In this document: one piece after another, positions 9,089 to 18,785 of the stretch
Layout of the letters: the number at the start of each line of letters is the position of its first letter
How positions within the stretch are numbered: position 1 is the stretch's first letter
From: Aquirufa sp.
GTDB lineage: Bacteria > Bacteroidota > Bacteroidia > Cytophagales > Spirosomataceae
Reading direction: 5' to 3'
Assembly: GCA_046073805.1 (NCBI GenBank)
Contig: JBJTMZ010000003.1
Location: 1-33,118 of the forward strand
Length of the DNA: 33,118 bases
Notes under the pieces: model-generated
The model's database searches: none
What the model was told of the DNA's origin: nothing
Seen by the model: only the letters and a program-made list of their open reading frames with translations
Made by a program: the position numbers and the translations under genes

Positions 9089-9985
9089 TTATATCAATTG
9101 AGTAATTCGTTTAACTAAACCTTCAGCATCCAAACCTTCATAGGCAAGAACTTCCGGTAAACGTGCGGGTTTGAACCATTTCGCATCAAAACCAATGGGA
9201 TGCACAGGAATCGATAATCCTTCTTTCACTAAAAATTCAGCTAAAATGCTGAATAATCCACCAGTAATAAAATGGTCTTCAATACTTATAATTTGTTTGG
9301 TTTGGCCAATTAATGAACGAATCGCTTCCCCATCAAATGGCTTTAAGGAACGAAAATTAATTAGTCCTACGCTAAATCCATTTTCCGTTAATTTGCGTTG
9401 TGCTTCCAATGACGCTTCAAACATAAATCCATACGTAACAATCGTTAAGTCATCCCCTTTCGCAATAACCTCAGCTTTTCCATGTTCGTAAGGAGCGTGG
9501 TCGTATTTCGCAGGGCGCGTATTGATACGTACATAACTTGGATTGGGCGTCGCCCAAATTGTCGGCAACATATCCACTAAATCCTGTGCATCAGCGGGAG
9601 CATAAACTTCCATTCCGGGAATACCACGCATGATGGAAATATCTTCGATGGCTTGGTGAGTAGGACCATTACCGTCCGACAAAACCCCTGGGATGAAACT
9701 ACTCATCTTTACAGGTAAGTTGGCTATTCCCACAGATGTACGCGTAAATTCAAAGGCGCGCATCGTTAAAAATGCGGCAAGTGCATGAACGACCGGAATA
9801 CGACCGCGTAAGGCTAGTCCTGCAGCTGCGCCCAACATAGTTTGCTCCGTAATACCCGTATCCACAAATCGATCCCCCAAAACACTCGGTAAATTGCGAA
9901 CAAGTGCTCGGTTCTCAGCTGTCATCACCACAAATCGCTCATCAGCTAATGCAGTATCTCTCAATAATTCTTCGTATGTCTTCAT
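9089..9985 (-). CDS. Transketolase-like protein, C-terminal subunit (pyrimidine-binding + C-terminal domains)
   Basis: DTGITEQ, GPTHQAIED and IEDHFITGGL motifs. Confidence 0.92.
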   Translation of the reverse strand: MKTYEELLRDTALADERFVVMTAENRALVRNLPSVLGDRFVDTGITEQTMLGAAAGLALRGRIPVVHALAAFLTMRAFEFTRTSVGIANLPVKMSSFIPGVLSDGNGPTHQAIEDISIMRGIPGMEVYAPADAQDLVDMLPTIWATPNPSYVRINTRPAKYDHAPYEHGKAEVIAKGDDLTIVTYGFMFEASLEAQRKLTENGFSVGLINFRSLKPFDGEAIRSLIGQTKQIISIEDHFITGGLFSILAEFLVKEGLSIPVHPIGFDAKWFKPARLPEVLAYEGLDAEGLVKRITQLI

Positions 9986-9992
9986 CGTCTAA

Positions 9993-10847
9993 CTAGCGGG
10001 CTACAATGGTTTCAGCGGTAATGACAGCTGATCCTTTTTGATGTAATTCATTCAACAATTCTGTTATTTCTCCAGCTGAGAAATTACAAAACCAGCGGTC
10101 GGCACGGGCCTCAATGGATGGCAAACCTTTCCCGCGCACGGTATCACAAATGATTACATGCGGGCCAGGATTATTATTTGTTTGTTCAAATGCTTCAGCT
10201 ATTTGGTCAAAATTGTGACCATCGATACGTTGGGTTTTCATTCCAAAAGCCTCAAATTTATCAACCAAGGGCTCCAATGGAATGAGCTCTTCCGTAGGCA
10301 TGTTGGCTTGGAATTGATTGCGATCAATTACAAAAATCAAATTGGTCAATTTATGCGCAGCTGCTACCAAGAATGCTTCCCAACAAGACCCTTCGTTTAA
10401 TTCTCCATCTCCCATCACACAAACGACACGGTTCACAGCTTTTGATATTTTTAGATCCATGGCTACGCCAATGGAAACAGCAGGAAGCTGACCTAATGAT
10501 CCGGCGTGAAACTCAACACCCGGAATTTCACGATTCGGATGCCAATAAATATGGTCTGAGGTAGATAAGTGATTTGCTAAACGATTATTTTCAATCCAAC
10601 CTAATTCTGCAAAGATTCCATATAATGCGGGAACATCATGCCCTTTCGATAAAAACAAATAATCACGCTTAGGGTCTTTAAGTGTGGATTGATCAATGGT
10701 CAAAAATTCGCTGTAGAGATAGGTTAATACATCTACCGCGGATAAGGAGGCGCCTAAAAAACATCCTCCGTCTGTAGACATGGGTATAATGCGTTCGCGC
10801 ACTTTTAAAGCGAATGCTTGAAGCTCGCTGCGTTTATCTTCAGTCAT
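9993..10847 (-). CDS. Transketolase-like protein, N-terminal ThDP-binding subunit (atypical active site)
   Basis: RDYLFLSKGH, GSLGQ, the ThDP motif GDGELNEG...DRN, IDGH and TVRGKG. Confidence 0.92.
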   Translation of the reverse strand: MTEDKRSELQAFALKVRERIIPMSTDGGCFLGASLSAVDVLTYLYSEFLTIDQSTLKDPKRDYLFLSKGHDVPALYGIFAELGWIENNRLANHLSTSDHIYWHPNREIPGVEFHAGSLGQLPAVSIGVAMDLKISKAVNRVVCVMGDGELNEGSCWEAFLVAAAHKLTNLIFVIDRNQFQANMPTEELIPLEPLVDKFEAFGMKTQRIDGHNFDQIAEAFEQTNNNPGPHVIICDTVRGKGLPSIEARADRWFCNFSAGEITELLNELHQKGSAVITAETIVAR

Positions 10848-11649
10848 GTTTTTGTTTGGTTTGACTTGGGGAAATAGTTTTTAATTCACCTAGGTGATTT
10901 CGATACCAATTCACCCCTAAGAGTGATTGATTAATCTTCATGATGGATGGCTCGAAGGTTAATAAATCCAAAATATCTTTCAGTGAAAATTGCGGGTTTA
11001 CTGGGTAAAGTCGATTGTATATCGTTTCTATAAAAGCCAAATCCTCTGCATAATCCAGTGTGAATCGATGGCTCATGTCGTAACGTAAGCCAGTTTCCCA
11101 CTTCACGTTTCCAATCTTGAAACGCCCCGCGTTTTCCCAGAAAAAGGGGGTAGTATGTTCGCGCTCCAATGGTTTATTAGCTTCCTTCCAGGCTATTTCT
11201 AATGCCTCAAAGCTCATCACTTCCACATCATTCCCATCAGGATATGACTGGGGATGTAAATTGCTGACATAATCATATTTGCCTCGATTAAACAAATAAA
11301 ATCCGAGCACTCGGTCAATGATGGCAGGATCAATTAGCGGACAATCCGATGGAATTTTAACAATGTGTTTGGCCTTAAAATGAATCGCAGCTTGATAATG
11401 ACGATCCAATAAATCATTCAAGGAGCCGCGAAAAACTTGATATCCCTCTAGTTCACAAATTTCTGAAAGTGAATCATCCTCAGGCTGATCAGAAGTAATA
11501 ACGACAATTTGACAAGGCCACTTGGTTAATTTAATACGGTCAAGTTGGTGAAATAAAATTGGCTTATCTTGCACCCATTTAAGTACCTTTCCGGGTAACC
11601 GAGTTGAGCTCATTCGAGCTTGCACAAATATGAATAAATCAGTTTGCAT
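10840..11649 (-). CDS. spsF: SpsF-like cytidylyltransferase (CMP-ulosonate synthetase superfamily)
   Basis: QARMSSTRLPGKVL, SDCPLIDP, EREHTT and RFTLDYAED motifs. Likely start MQTDL at 11649 overlaps the upstream stop. Confidence 0.88.
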   Translation of the reverse strand: MQTDLFIFVQARMSSTRLPGKVLKWVQDKPILFHQLDRIKLTKWPCQIVVITSDQPEDDSLSEICELEGYQVFRGSLNDLLDRHYQAAIHFKAKHIVKIPSDCPLIDPAIIDRVLGFYLFNRGKYDYVSNLHPQSYPDGNDVEVMSFEALEIAWKEANKPLEREHTTPFFWENAGRFKIGNVKWETGLRYDMSHRFTLDYAEDLAFIETIYNRLYPVNPQFSLKDILDLLTFEPSIMKINQSLLGVNWYRNHLGELKTISPSQTKQKHD

Positions 11650-12676
11650 AATCCAATTCAGATATAGGCTCACGATTTAATTTATTGATATACATATCTT
11701 TCGGGCCTTCATGGAGAAGATAATCACGGCAAATTGATGCGATATGTTTGGCAGAACTCCCTCCATTTTGGATAGGAAGCAATGCATTTAATTCCGTTAA
11801 ATCAAAATAAGAATGCACCGGTTTCTGAAGTGCTAATCCCGCATATACCACAGTAGAATACTGAGTGATTAACTCTTCGCAATTCGCAATCATTTCATGC
11901 GTATTCCCATCGGTATAAATCAACGTATCGGAAGGGCATGTCAGCTTGATTTCTTGAATTGCCCTATCCTTTTGTTCATTTGGATGTAATTTGATAAGTA
12001 GCTGCCGACCATTAGCAATTTCAACGCAGGATTTTAAAAATGCTATTCGATCCTCCGGCCGAAAAGTCTCTCGCATATCCGACGTTGCTACCATTACATA
12101 GCCACAATATGAAAAATTATTTTGGCGAAATTTTTCCAAATGGTCATAGTTTGGAATACCCGTTACTACCACTTTGTTTGCATCAGTTCCGTGCTTAATG
12201 ATGTAATCCCGGTATCCTTCTGAAGCAGCACAATAGATATCACATAAGTTAGACGTGCCATTAAGTGATGTTCCAATACTTAAATATCGTGGCAATTTGA
12301 GCTTTTGAATTATTCGACTAATCGAAGTAAAAGGGTCAATCATTCCCTCTTGAACCCATATTGTTTTCGTTCCTTCGAACTTCTTGGGAAATAATAGATC
12401 CGAACAAAAAACCACTAAATCATATTTTCGGTCTTTCGCCTGATAGTCCATTTTCATACCATGCACTTGCATGTATTGCTCGGACTTGTGGCGGAGCGGC
12501 CGACCCATCACCGTATTATCCAAAATACCCATTTTAATCGCGGAAGCTATAACGGGATTATCTGAAAAAAATTGGCTAAAATAACACTCAAATTCGGGCA
12601 AATAGGAGGCTATTTGCTGCATTTGGGTAGTTTGATTCAATGAGCCGGTTAAGAACAAAATCGACTTAGCTGTCAT
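11639..12676 (-). CDS. Putative GT-B glycosyltransferase (candidate CMP-ulosonate transferase)
   Basis: VVVTGIPNYD, IKLHP and ITQYSTV resemble the TGxP, HP and S-S/T motifs of Kdo-/sialyl-/TagF-like GT-B enzymes. Likely start MTAKS at 12676. Confidence 0.6.
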   Translation of the reverse strand: MTAKSILFLTGSLNQTTQMQQIASYLPEFECYFSQFFSDNPVIASAIKMGILDNTVMGRPLRHKSEQYMQVHGMKMDYQAKDRKYDLVVFCSDLLFPKKFEGTKTIWVQEGMIDPFTSISRIIQKLKLPRYLSIGTSLNGTSNLCDIYCAASEGYRDYIIKHGTDANKVVVTGIPNYDHLEKFRQNNFSYCGYVMVATSDMRETFRPEDRIAFLKSCVEIANGRQLLIKLHPNEQKDRAIQEIKLTCPSDTLIYTDGNTHEMIANCEELITQYSTVVYAGLALQKPVHSYFDLTELNALLPIQNGGSSAKHIASICRDYLLHEGPKDMYINKLNREPISELDYAN

Positions 12677-12788
12677 TGGTATTATTGAATTATTAAAGTA
12701 AAAATAAGCCAAATGAAGGGATATAATTTAGCGCTAAAGTTGATTTAATGATTTGACAATGATGGGATTACAAATCACTAACAATGGC

Positions 12789-12819
12789 AAAAAAAAGGTA
12801 GCCCTTGTGAGGCTACCTT
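12789..12819 (-). terminator. Rho-independent terminator after the tyrosine-phosphatase gene
   Basis: Stem AAGGTAGCC/GGCTACCTT with a U-run on the minus strand. Confidence 0.82.
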
Positions 12820-12837
12820 AGAGTTAGTTAAACAAAT

Positions 12838-13647
12838 TTACTTGCTTAAATACCTTGATTTCAGTTGGGCCATTTGCTCCGCCCCGAATCCAAGTTCACG
12901 AATAAAGAATTGGTCAACACTTCCATATTGTTTGTCTAAGGTGTTCAGAAATGTCTCGATATACATTCGATTGGCTCCTAACATAGCTTTGACTTTCGAC
13001 TCATTCATTCCTGACTTCACCATCATGGCTGTCATCTTTTCTTGAGTAGTTTTCCAATAGTAATTCGTTGCCTCATAGTCGGCGATGATAATGGATCGGT
13101 CTACCCCCAATACGGCCAAAAACAATGCGGCTCCAATGCCTGTGCGATCCTTTCCTGCAGTACAATGAAATACCATTGATTTATCAACTGGTAACTTGAG
13201 CATTTGCTCAAACATCGGCTTGTATTTGGCCTTTAAGAATGAGGTCGTTGAATACATGCTCATGATTAGCAAGTCCGTGTTCATAGTCGCGTAGCTTGAA
13301 CTCGAAGGGAGTTTTTCACTACCCGCCGGAAGATTTAAATACGTCGCACCTATCGGCATGCGGTCTGGACTTGTTTTAATTTCCGAAGGTCCGCGTAAAT
13401 CACAAACTAAGGCAAGCTTTAATGCTTGCAATTTTTGTAAATCTTGATCGGTTAACCGACTTATATCTGCGGATCGGTACACTTGACCCCACTTCACTTT
13501 ATGTCCATCTTTTGTGGAATAACCCCCTAAGTCTCGAAAGTTAACAGCACCTTGTAGGTTTACTTTGCGTTGTAAACTATCGGCAATCTGTGCTCGAGAA
13601 GATAGAGTATATAGGATGAGAAGGAAAGTAGAATAGGTTATTTTCAT
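12838..13647 (-). CDS. Exported protein-tyrosine-phosphatase-family enzyme (IphP/Y_phosphatase3-like)
   Basis: Signal peptide, NFRDLGGY, DLR and the P-loop HCTAGKDRTG. Confidence 0.93.
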   Translation of the reverse strand: MKITYSTFLLILYTLSSRAQIADSLQRKVNLQGAVNFRDLGGYSTKDGHKVKWGQVYRSADISRLTDQDLQKLQALKLALVCDLRGPSEIKTSPDRMPIGATYLNLPAGSEKLPSSSSYATMNTDLLIMSMYSTTSFLKAKYKPMFEQMLKLPVDKSMVFHCTAGKDRTGIGAALFLAVLGVDRSIIIADYEATNYYWKTTQEKMTAMMVKSGMNESKVKAMLGANRMYIETFLNTLDKQYGSVDQFFIRELGFGAEQMAQLKSRYLSK

Positions 13648-13695
13648 TCGCTTTCAGATTCAAGTCGTAAAGAAATTTTGGTGTAATTAAGAAAG

Positions 13696-13725
13696 AAAAA
13701 GTGGCAGAACAAAGTCCTGCCACTT
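13696..13725 (-). terminator. Rho-independent terminator of susCD
   Basis: Stem AAGTGGCAG/CTGCCACTT with a U-run on the minus strand. Confidence 0.78.
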
Positions 13726-13762
13726 GATAAAGAATCATTAATCAACATTAGAAAACTAGTAA

Positions 13763-15349
13763 TTACTTAATCAACCACATTTGGTCGTTGATATCATCTT
13801 TCCCAGCATACTGACTCGAAATTGCTGCTGTATAGTTTGTTGCATTTGCTGTACGCTCCGTTGATGGATATAACCAACGCAAAGCAATACGTCCCGAGTT
13901 ACCATTACCTGGACCTGTTGAAAATACAGGATATCCCGTTCTTCTCCAGTTGAAATAAGCTTCCATTCCCGAATTCATAAAGAAGGCCGCATATTTCTGA
14001 GAAACAATTTCTTGAATAGCATTGGCTGCATCGTATTGAACCGCTGGCTGCGCATAATATGTATCGAAGTTAAAATTAACAGTGTACTTAACTAACTCAG
14101 CCGCATCTTTCGAACCTGATTTTGAATAGGTCATCGTATTTGCTCCGTCTACAATTCCGTAGAAAGCTAAAGATGCTTTGATCCCTTTCTTGTACCAATC
14201 TTCCGCTGAACCTGAAGCCCAACCGCGCGCATATCCTTCGGCGATGTTGAAACACAATTCTGGATAACCCACGATGAATGTATTTTCACCTACGTAGTTT
14301 TGGTAGTAACGTGCACGGTTTTGGAAAGAATAGATTCCTGGAGCATATCCCGCTCCGTTTGACAAACCTGCATTCTTTGACATATCAGCTAAATCATCAC
14401 CAGAGCCTGCTCCGCGATAAGCTGTATAATCTGAGGCTAATTTACCTGCTTTCAATTCAGAACCTGCTGGCTCACAAGTGGCCATCACACGTGGATCTTG
14501 GATCTTTGTTAAAAATCCTACGTAGGTCGACGCCATATTTTGACGAGTCGCATCGAAACCAAAGTTATCTGGATTAGAAGGATACTTGTTGAAGCTATTC
14601 CAAACAAATTGCAAAGATTCAGCATTTGAACCGAGCAAAGGATATTTTGAGGGATTACCTACCATCTCAGCAAACTTCGATTTTACGCCTAAATCAGTAT
14701 CCGAATCCTTCTTCGATAAGCTAATCAAGACACGTAAACGATAGGCATTCACTACTTTCTGCCATTTTTTCAAATCGCCATTGAAATAGAAATCTCCTGT
14801 GATTGTCTCTCCTTTTACAGTTAAAGCCGTCAAATCCGTATTCGCATCATCTAACCATTTCAAAATCTGGGTATAAATAACTTTTTGCGAATCATACTTT
14901 GGAGTCGTGTTCTCAATTCCTTTCAATGCTTCAGTCATAGGTAAATCACCAACACGCTTCGACATTTGATCAAAGAAATAAGCACGGAAGAATTTACCCA
15001 AAGCGGAATAACCATTCACATCTGCCAAGCCAGCTCTTTTTGCCTCTTCCTCCATTTTTACAACATTTTTTAGTGTTGTGTACTGGTTTGGCATTTGGCC
15101 TAAACTATATTCATTATTAGCATAATAGTTATAGTTTGAGCAATAAAATTGATTCCAGCGCATTTCAGCTGAAAATGGACGTCCATTGTCGTTTAAGACA
15201 TTGTATTCTACTGCTTGTAAGACTAACGAAGCAGGAACTTGCACGGCACGATTGGAATCTTTTTCCAATTGATCAAAGGTCTTCTCGCAACTGCTTAAAG
15301 CAAGCACAGCGAAACCTAACATACCTAAAATTATATTTTTAACTTTCAT
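13763..15349 (-). CDS. susD: SusD/RagB family outer-membrane nutrient-binding lipoprotein
   Basis: Lipobox LALSSC; GDLPMTEAL, PKYDSQ and EAYFNWRRTGYP motifs; directly downstream of SusC. Alternative start at 15361. Confidence 0.93.
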   Translation of the reverse strand: MKVKNIILGMLGFAVLALSSCEKTFDQLEKDSNRAVQVPASLVLQAVEYNVLNDNGRPFSAEMRWNQFYCSNYNYYANNEYSLGQMPNQYTTLKNVVKMEEEAKRAGLADVNGYSALGKFFRAYFFDQMSKRVGDLPMTEALKGIENTTPKYDSQKVIYTQILKWLDDANTDLTALTVKGETITGDFYFNGDLKKWQKVVNAYRLRVLISLSKKDSDTDLGVKSKFAEMVGNPSKYPLLGSNAESLQFVWNSFNKYPSNPDNFGFDATRQNMASTYVGFLTKIQDPRVMATCEPAGSELKAGKLASDYTAYRGAGSGDDLADMSKNAGLSNGAGYAPGIYSFQNRARYYQNYVGENTFIVGYPELCFNIAEGYARGWASGSAEDWYKKGIKASLAFYGIVDGANTMTYSKSGSKDAAELVKYTVNFNFDTYYAQPAVQYDAANAIQEIVSQKYAAFFMNSGMEAYFNWRRTGYPVFSTGPGNGNSGRIALRWLYPSTERTANATNYTAAISSQYAGKDDINDQMWLIK

Positions 15350-15379
15350 TGGATGTTTCATTTAAGAATAATGAATGAA

Positions 15380-18300
15380 TTAGAATGTGAAGTTTAAGTT
15401 GACACCATAACTTCTTACCGAAGGAGTTTGTGGACTCGAAGAACCATCAGATAAGTATTGAGATAAATCAATATCTTTTTTCTCTGCAAAGTATAACAAG
15501 TTACGTCCTACGAAAGATACATTGGCCGTTGAAACGTATTTACCGAACCATTTAGATGGCAACTTAACGCCTACGACAACTTCTTTTAACATACCAAATG
15601 AACGGCTCATTAAGTTACCTTCGTTGGTATTGTAGTAACGACCTACATAATCCTGCACATACGTTTTCACTGTATTCGGAGCAAACTGCAACTCAGAGTA
15701 GTTGGTTACTTTTCCATTTGCATCATACTTAATAGCAACCCCATTACTTACGACAACACCTTCTCCCACAAATGCTTTCACACCTAAAGCATCCTGAGGA
15801 CGAGCCGCAGCAAAAATACCTTGTGTCGTTCCAATATGACGACCACCACGATAGGCTTGTTGTTGCGTATAGTTGATAATAACACCACCAATACGGCCGT
15901 CAAACAAAGCGCTTAGGGTTACGTTTTTATACGTAAACTTGTTGTTTAAGCCGAACACGAAATCAGGGTTCGTGTTTCCTAAATATTGGGACTGCGTACC
16001 TGTCAATCTTTCTGGAATACCAGCAGCTGTATTGATCAACTTACCATCCGGTGTACGAACGAATGCAGATCCATATAATTTATCCGTACGATCACCCACC
16101 TTCAAGAAGGTATTTAGGCTGTTGATTCCTGGATAAATATCCGTAAGGCGTTGTTCAAACGTCGAATAATTCGCCAAGATATCCCAGCTGAAATCTGCTG
16201 TTTGAATTGGGGTTCCTGTTACTGAAATTTCTAAACCTTTCTTCTGTGTTTTGATACCATTCACCAAGGCTGATGTATAACCAGAAGTAGATGAAATTGG
16301 CAATGAGAAGATAGAAGGGCCATCATTCGAGATAAAATACGCAGCATCAATACCGATACGGTTTTTAAATAAGCGTAAATCCATACCAAATTCTGTCTGA
16401 GACGTTTCCGATGGATTCAAATTTGGATTGCTCAAGCCATCACCATATGTCGCACCCGTTTGGTTGTTGTAATAAAAACCGGTTGAGTAAACTGTATTGT
16501 TTTGGTAAGAAGGACCATCATATGGCGAGTTATAGTTTTCACCTGAATATGTACCCATTCGGTTATCAATGGTTGAAGAAGTCAAACCATCTTTTACGTT
16601 CGCATATGATCCACGGAATTTCAAGAATGAAATAGTCTCTGGAAGATTTACATAATCAGATAAAACAGTCACCGCACCGAAAGATGGATAGAAGAATGTA
16701 TTCTTTCCTGCTGGCAATGTCGATAACTTATCCGCACGTCCTGTAGCAAAAACTGTCAAATACTTCTTGTATGAGAAGTCAGCTGAATAATACGCCGATA
16801 ACACTTGCATGTCAGATCCAAAGTTCGCCACTTGAACTGGATTAGCCGAGTTTGAGAAGTTATACAAACCTGGAACGTTCAAGTAATTCGTTGTTGCGAA
16901 AATTGATTTGTATTGGAAAATACGTTGGGATGCACCCGCGTTGATCTTCGTGCTGAAACCCGGTAAAACTTCCTTGTCAAATGTCAACAACAATTCTGTG
17001 TTGTTTTCAAACAATGAACGACGGTCTTCGCGGTAATCCCCACGACGCTCATCACGACCATACGTACCCGCTGAGTAAGGGAACTTCTCTGTACGTAACA
17101 TATCCCACGTAGTAACTTGCGTACGAGCCAATAAATTCAAGTTGTCATTAAAGGTGTAACGCAAAGCTGCTTGACCAATAATGTCTGTTTTGTAGTGTGA
17201 ACGTAACCACTCATACGACATGAAATAGGGGTTGTTGTAACGCTGATACTCCGCATAAATTTGCTGGATACCCTCTTTCCCTTTTTGCCAATAATTACGC
17301 ATGTCATCAATGTTCCAGTCGGCACCTGCCCAATACACAATGTTGTAGATGATCGAGTTAGGACCATAGTTAACGTCTGGAATATTAGGTGTGTATTGAC
17401 GGTTGTATTGCAAGTTCGACTCAAACTTTAATTTGTTCGAGAACTTATAATCCGCCGTAATATTGAAGTTCGTCATATTCAATTGAGTATTTGGAACAAT
17501 ACCCTTTTGATAAATATGCGATGTAGAGAAACGTAAATTATATTTCTCACCAGTAGCTGCTACGGAAACATTATTTGTTGATAAAATACCCGTCTCTAAA
17601 AAACGCTTTAAGTTATCCTTACCACGTGCAATCCAAGGCGTACCTTGACGAACGCCTGTTACGGGATCCACAGGAGAATCGTACTGTGGAATCAATTGGC
17701 CATTAAAACGAGGGCCCCAGCCACCATCATAATCACCGTCATTTAATCCACCCCCTTTACCATCACCAAAAGCATATACCCCGTGATCACCAGGACCGTA
17801 CTCATCTTGTACCTCTGGAATCGCATAGAAGCCACTTTGTATTTGCGTAGATGAATTTACTTCTACGGAGAATCCACGCTTATCTTTCGATCCGCGTTTT
17901 GTGGTGATTAAAATCGCACCATTCTTTCCACGGAAACCATATAAAGCGGATGCAGATGCTCCTTTTAATACCGAATAAGTTTCGATATCATCCGGTGAAA
18001 TATTCCATGTATCTGAGTTGATAGGGACACCATCCACTACATATAAAACCGTAGAGCTACCACGCAATGAGATGTTTGGTTTGCGCAATAATTCGGGTTG
18101 AGCACCAATGGTCAAACCAGCTACACGACCCGACAAAGCGTTGATCGCATTCGGCTCACGCGCTTTGATGGTTGCAGAACCGTCTACCGACTGAATCGCC
18201 ACACCAATGTTGCGGACATCCTTTTTGATACCCAAGGCCGTTACAACAACCTCTTGTAATTGTTTTGTATCTGTCGCCAACGTGATCGTGATCTCTGATT

Positions 18301-18601
18301 GACTTCCTACATTAACTTCTTTCTTAACGAATCCAATCATGGAAATTTGCAAAATTCCATTTGCTGGAACATTGATGCTAAAATTACCATCCGCATTCGA
18401 GTTCGTTCCAACATTGGAACCTTTTACCTGAATAGAGGCACCAGGAATAACCGATTGATCATCCTGTGAAATCACACGGCCTTTCACCGCGCGCGCTTGA
18501 CCATACATTAGGGATGTCCCTAATTGCAAAAACAGCAAAACAAGTCCTGCCGACTTCAAGAAGCCCTTTTTTGCGCTCTTTTTTAATAGAAGTGTGTTCA
18601 T
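15380..18601 (-). CDS. susC: SusC/RagA family TonB-dependent transporter
   Basis: EVVVTALGI, YVVDGVP and VLKGASASALYG..GKNGAILITTK motifs; C-terminal Phe. Confidence 0.96.
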   Translation of the reverse strand: MNTLLLKKSAKKGFLKSAGLVLLFLQLGTSLMYGQARAVKGRVISQDDQSVIPGASIQVKGSNVGTNSNADGNFSINVPANGILQISMIGFVKKEVNVGSQSEITITLATDTKQLQEVVVTALGIKKDVRNIGVAIQSVDGSATIKAREPNAINALSGRVAGLTIGAQPELLRKPNISLRGSSTVLYVVDGVPINSDTWNISPDDIETYSVLKGASASALYGFRGKNGAILITTKRGSKDKRGFSVEVNSSTQIQSGFYAIPEVQDEYGPGDHGVYAFGDGKGGGLNDGDYDGGWGPRFNGQLIPQYDSPVDPVTGVRQGTPWIARGKDNLKRFLETGILSTNNVSVAATGEKYNLRFSTSHIYQKGIVPNTQLNMTNFNITADYKFSNKLKFESNLQYNRQYTPNIPDVNYGPNSIIYNIVYWAGADWNIDDMRNYWQKGKEGIQQIYAEYQRYNNPYFMSYEWLRSHYKTDIIGQAALRYTFNDNLNLLARTQVTTWDMLRTEKFPYSAGTYGRDERRGDYREDRRSLFENNTELLLTFDKEVLPGFSTKINAGASQRIFQYKSIFATTNYLNVPGLYNFSNSANPVQVANFGSDMQVLSAYYSADFSYKKYLTVFATGRADKLSTLPAGKNTFFYPSFGAVTVLSDYVNLPETISFLKFRGSYANVKDGLTSSTIDNRMGTYSGENYNSPYDGPSYQNNTVYSTGFYYNNQTGATYGDGLSNPNLNPSETSQTEFGMDLRLFKNRIGIDAAYFISNDGPSIFSLPISSTSGYTSALVNGIKTQKKGLEISVTGTPIQTADFSWDILANYSTFEQRLTDIYPGINSLNTFLKVGDRTDKLYGSAFVRTPDGKLINTAAGIPERLTGTQSQYLGNTNPDFVFGLNNKFTYKNVTLSALFDGRIGGVIINYTQQQAYRGGRHIGTTQGIFAAARPQDALGVKAFVGEGVVVSNGVAIKYDANGKVTNYSELQFAPNTVKTYVQDYVGRYYNTNEGNLMSRSFGMLKEVVVGVKLPSKWFGKYVSTANVSFVGRNLLYFAEKKDIDLSQYLSDGSSSPQTPSVRSYGVNLNFTF

Positions 18602-18627
18602 ATTAATTGTTTGAATTTAATTTGGCA

Positions 18628-18684
18628 CAAAACTAGACCTGTGACATAAGGATTTAGTGAGCGATTAGATAACAAATCGTTAAG
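18628..18684 (-). promoter_or_regulatory. susC promoter: -7 TAGTTTTG plus phased repeats
   Basis: -7 box at 18628-18635; half-sites at 18646, 18658 (weak), 18669 and 18680. Confidence 0.55.
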
Positions 18685-18785
18685 AAAAATGGGCTAAGAT
18701 TATGTAGCTGTTAAGCCGTGAAAAAAATCCATTTTAAGGCGAAGAAAATCCGGAAAAAATACCAAAAACCATCCTTTATAATTTG

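Noticed and set aside
6949-12676. Phosphonate biosynthesis cluster (cytidylyltransferase + aminotransferase + ThDP enzyme)
   Set aside because: No PEP mutase is present, and the ThDP enzyme is transketolase-like rather than phosphonopyruvate decarboxylase.
4377-12676. Standard Neu5Ac/legionaminic/pseudaminic acid or O-antigen locus
   Set aside because: No NeuC/NeuD, PseB/C, LegB/C, wzx or wzy genes.
12699-12756. Phased operator upstream of the GT-led operon
   Set aside because: Only a variant -7 (TATTTTTA) and one or two poor half-sites (12728, 12740); too weak to call, so P-regulation of this operon is unproven.
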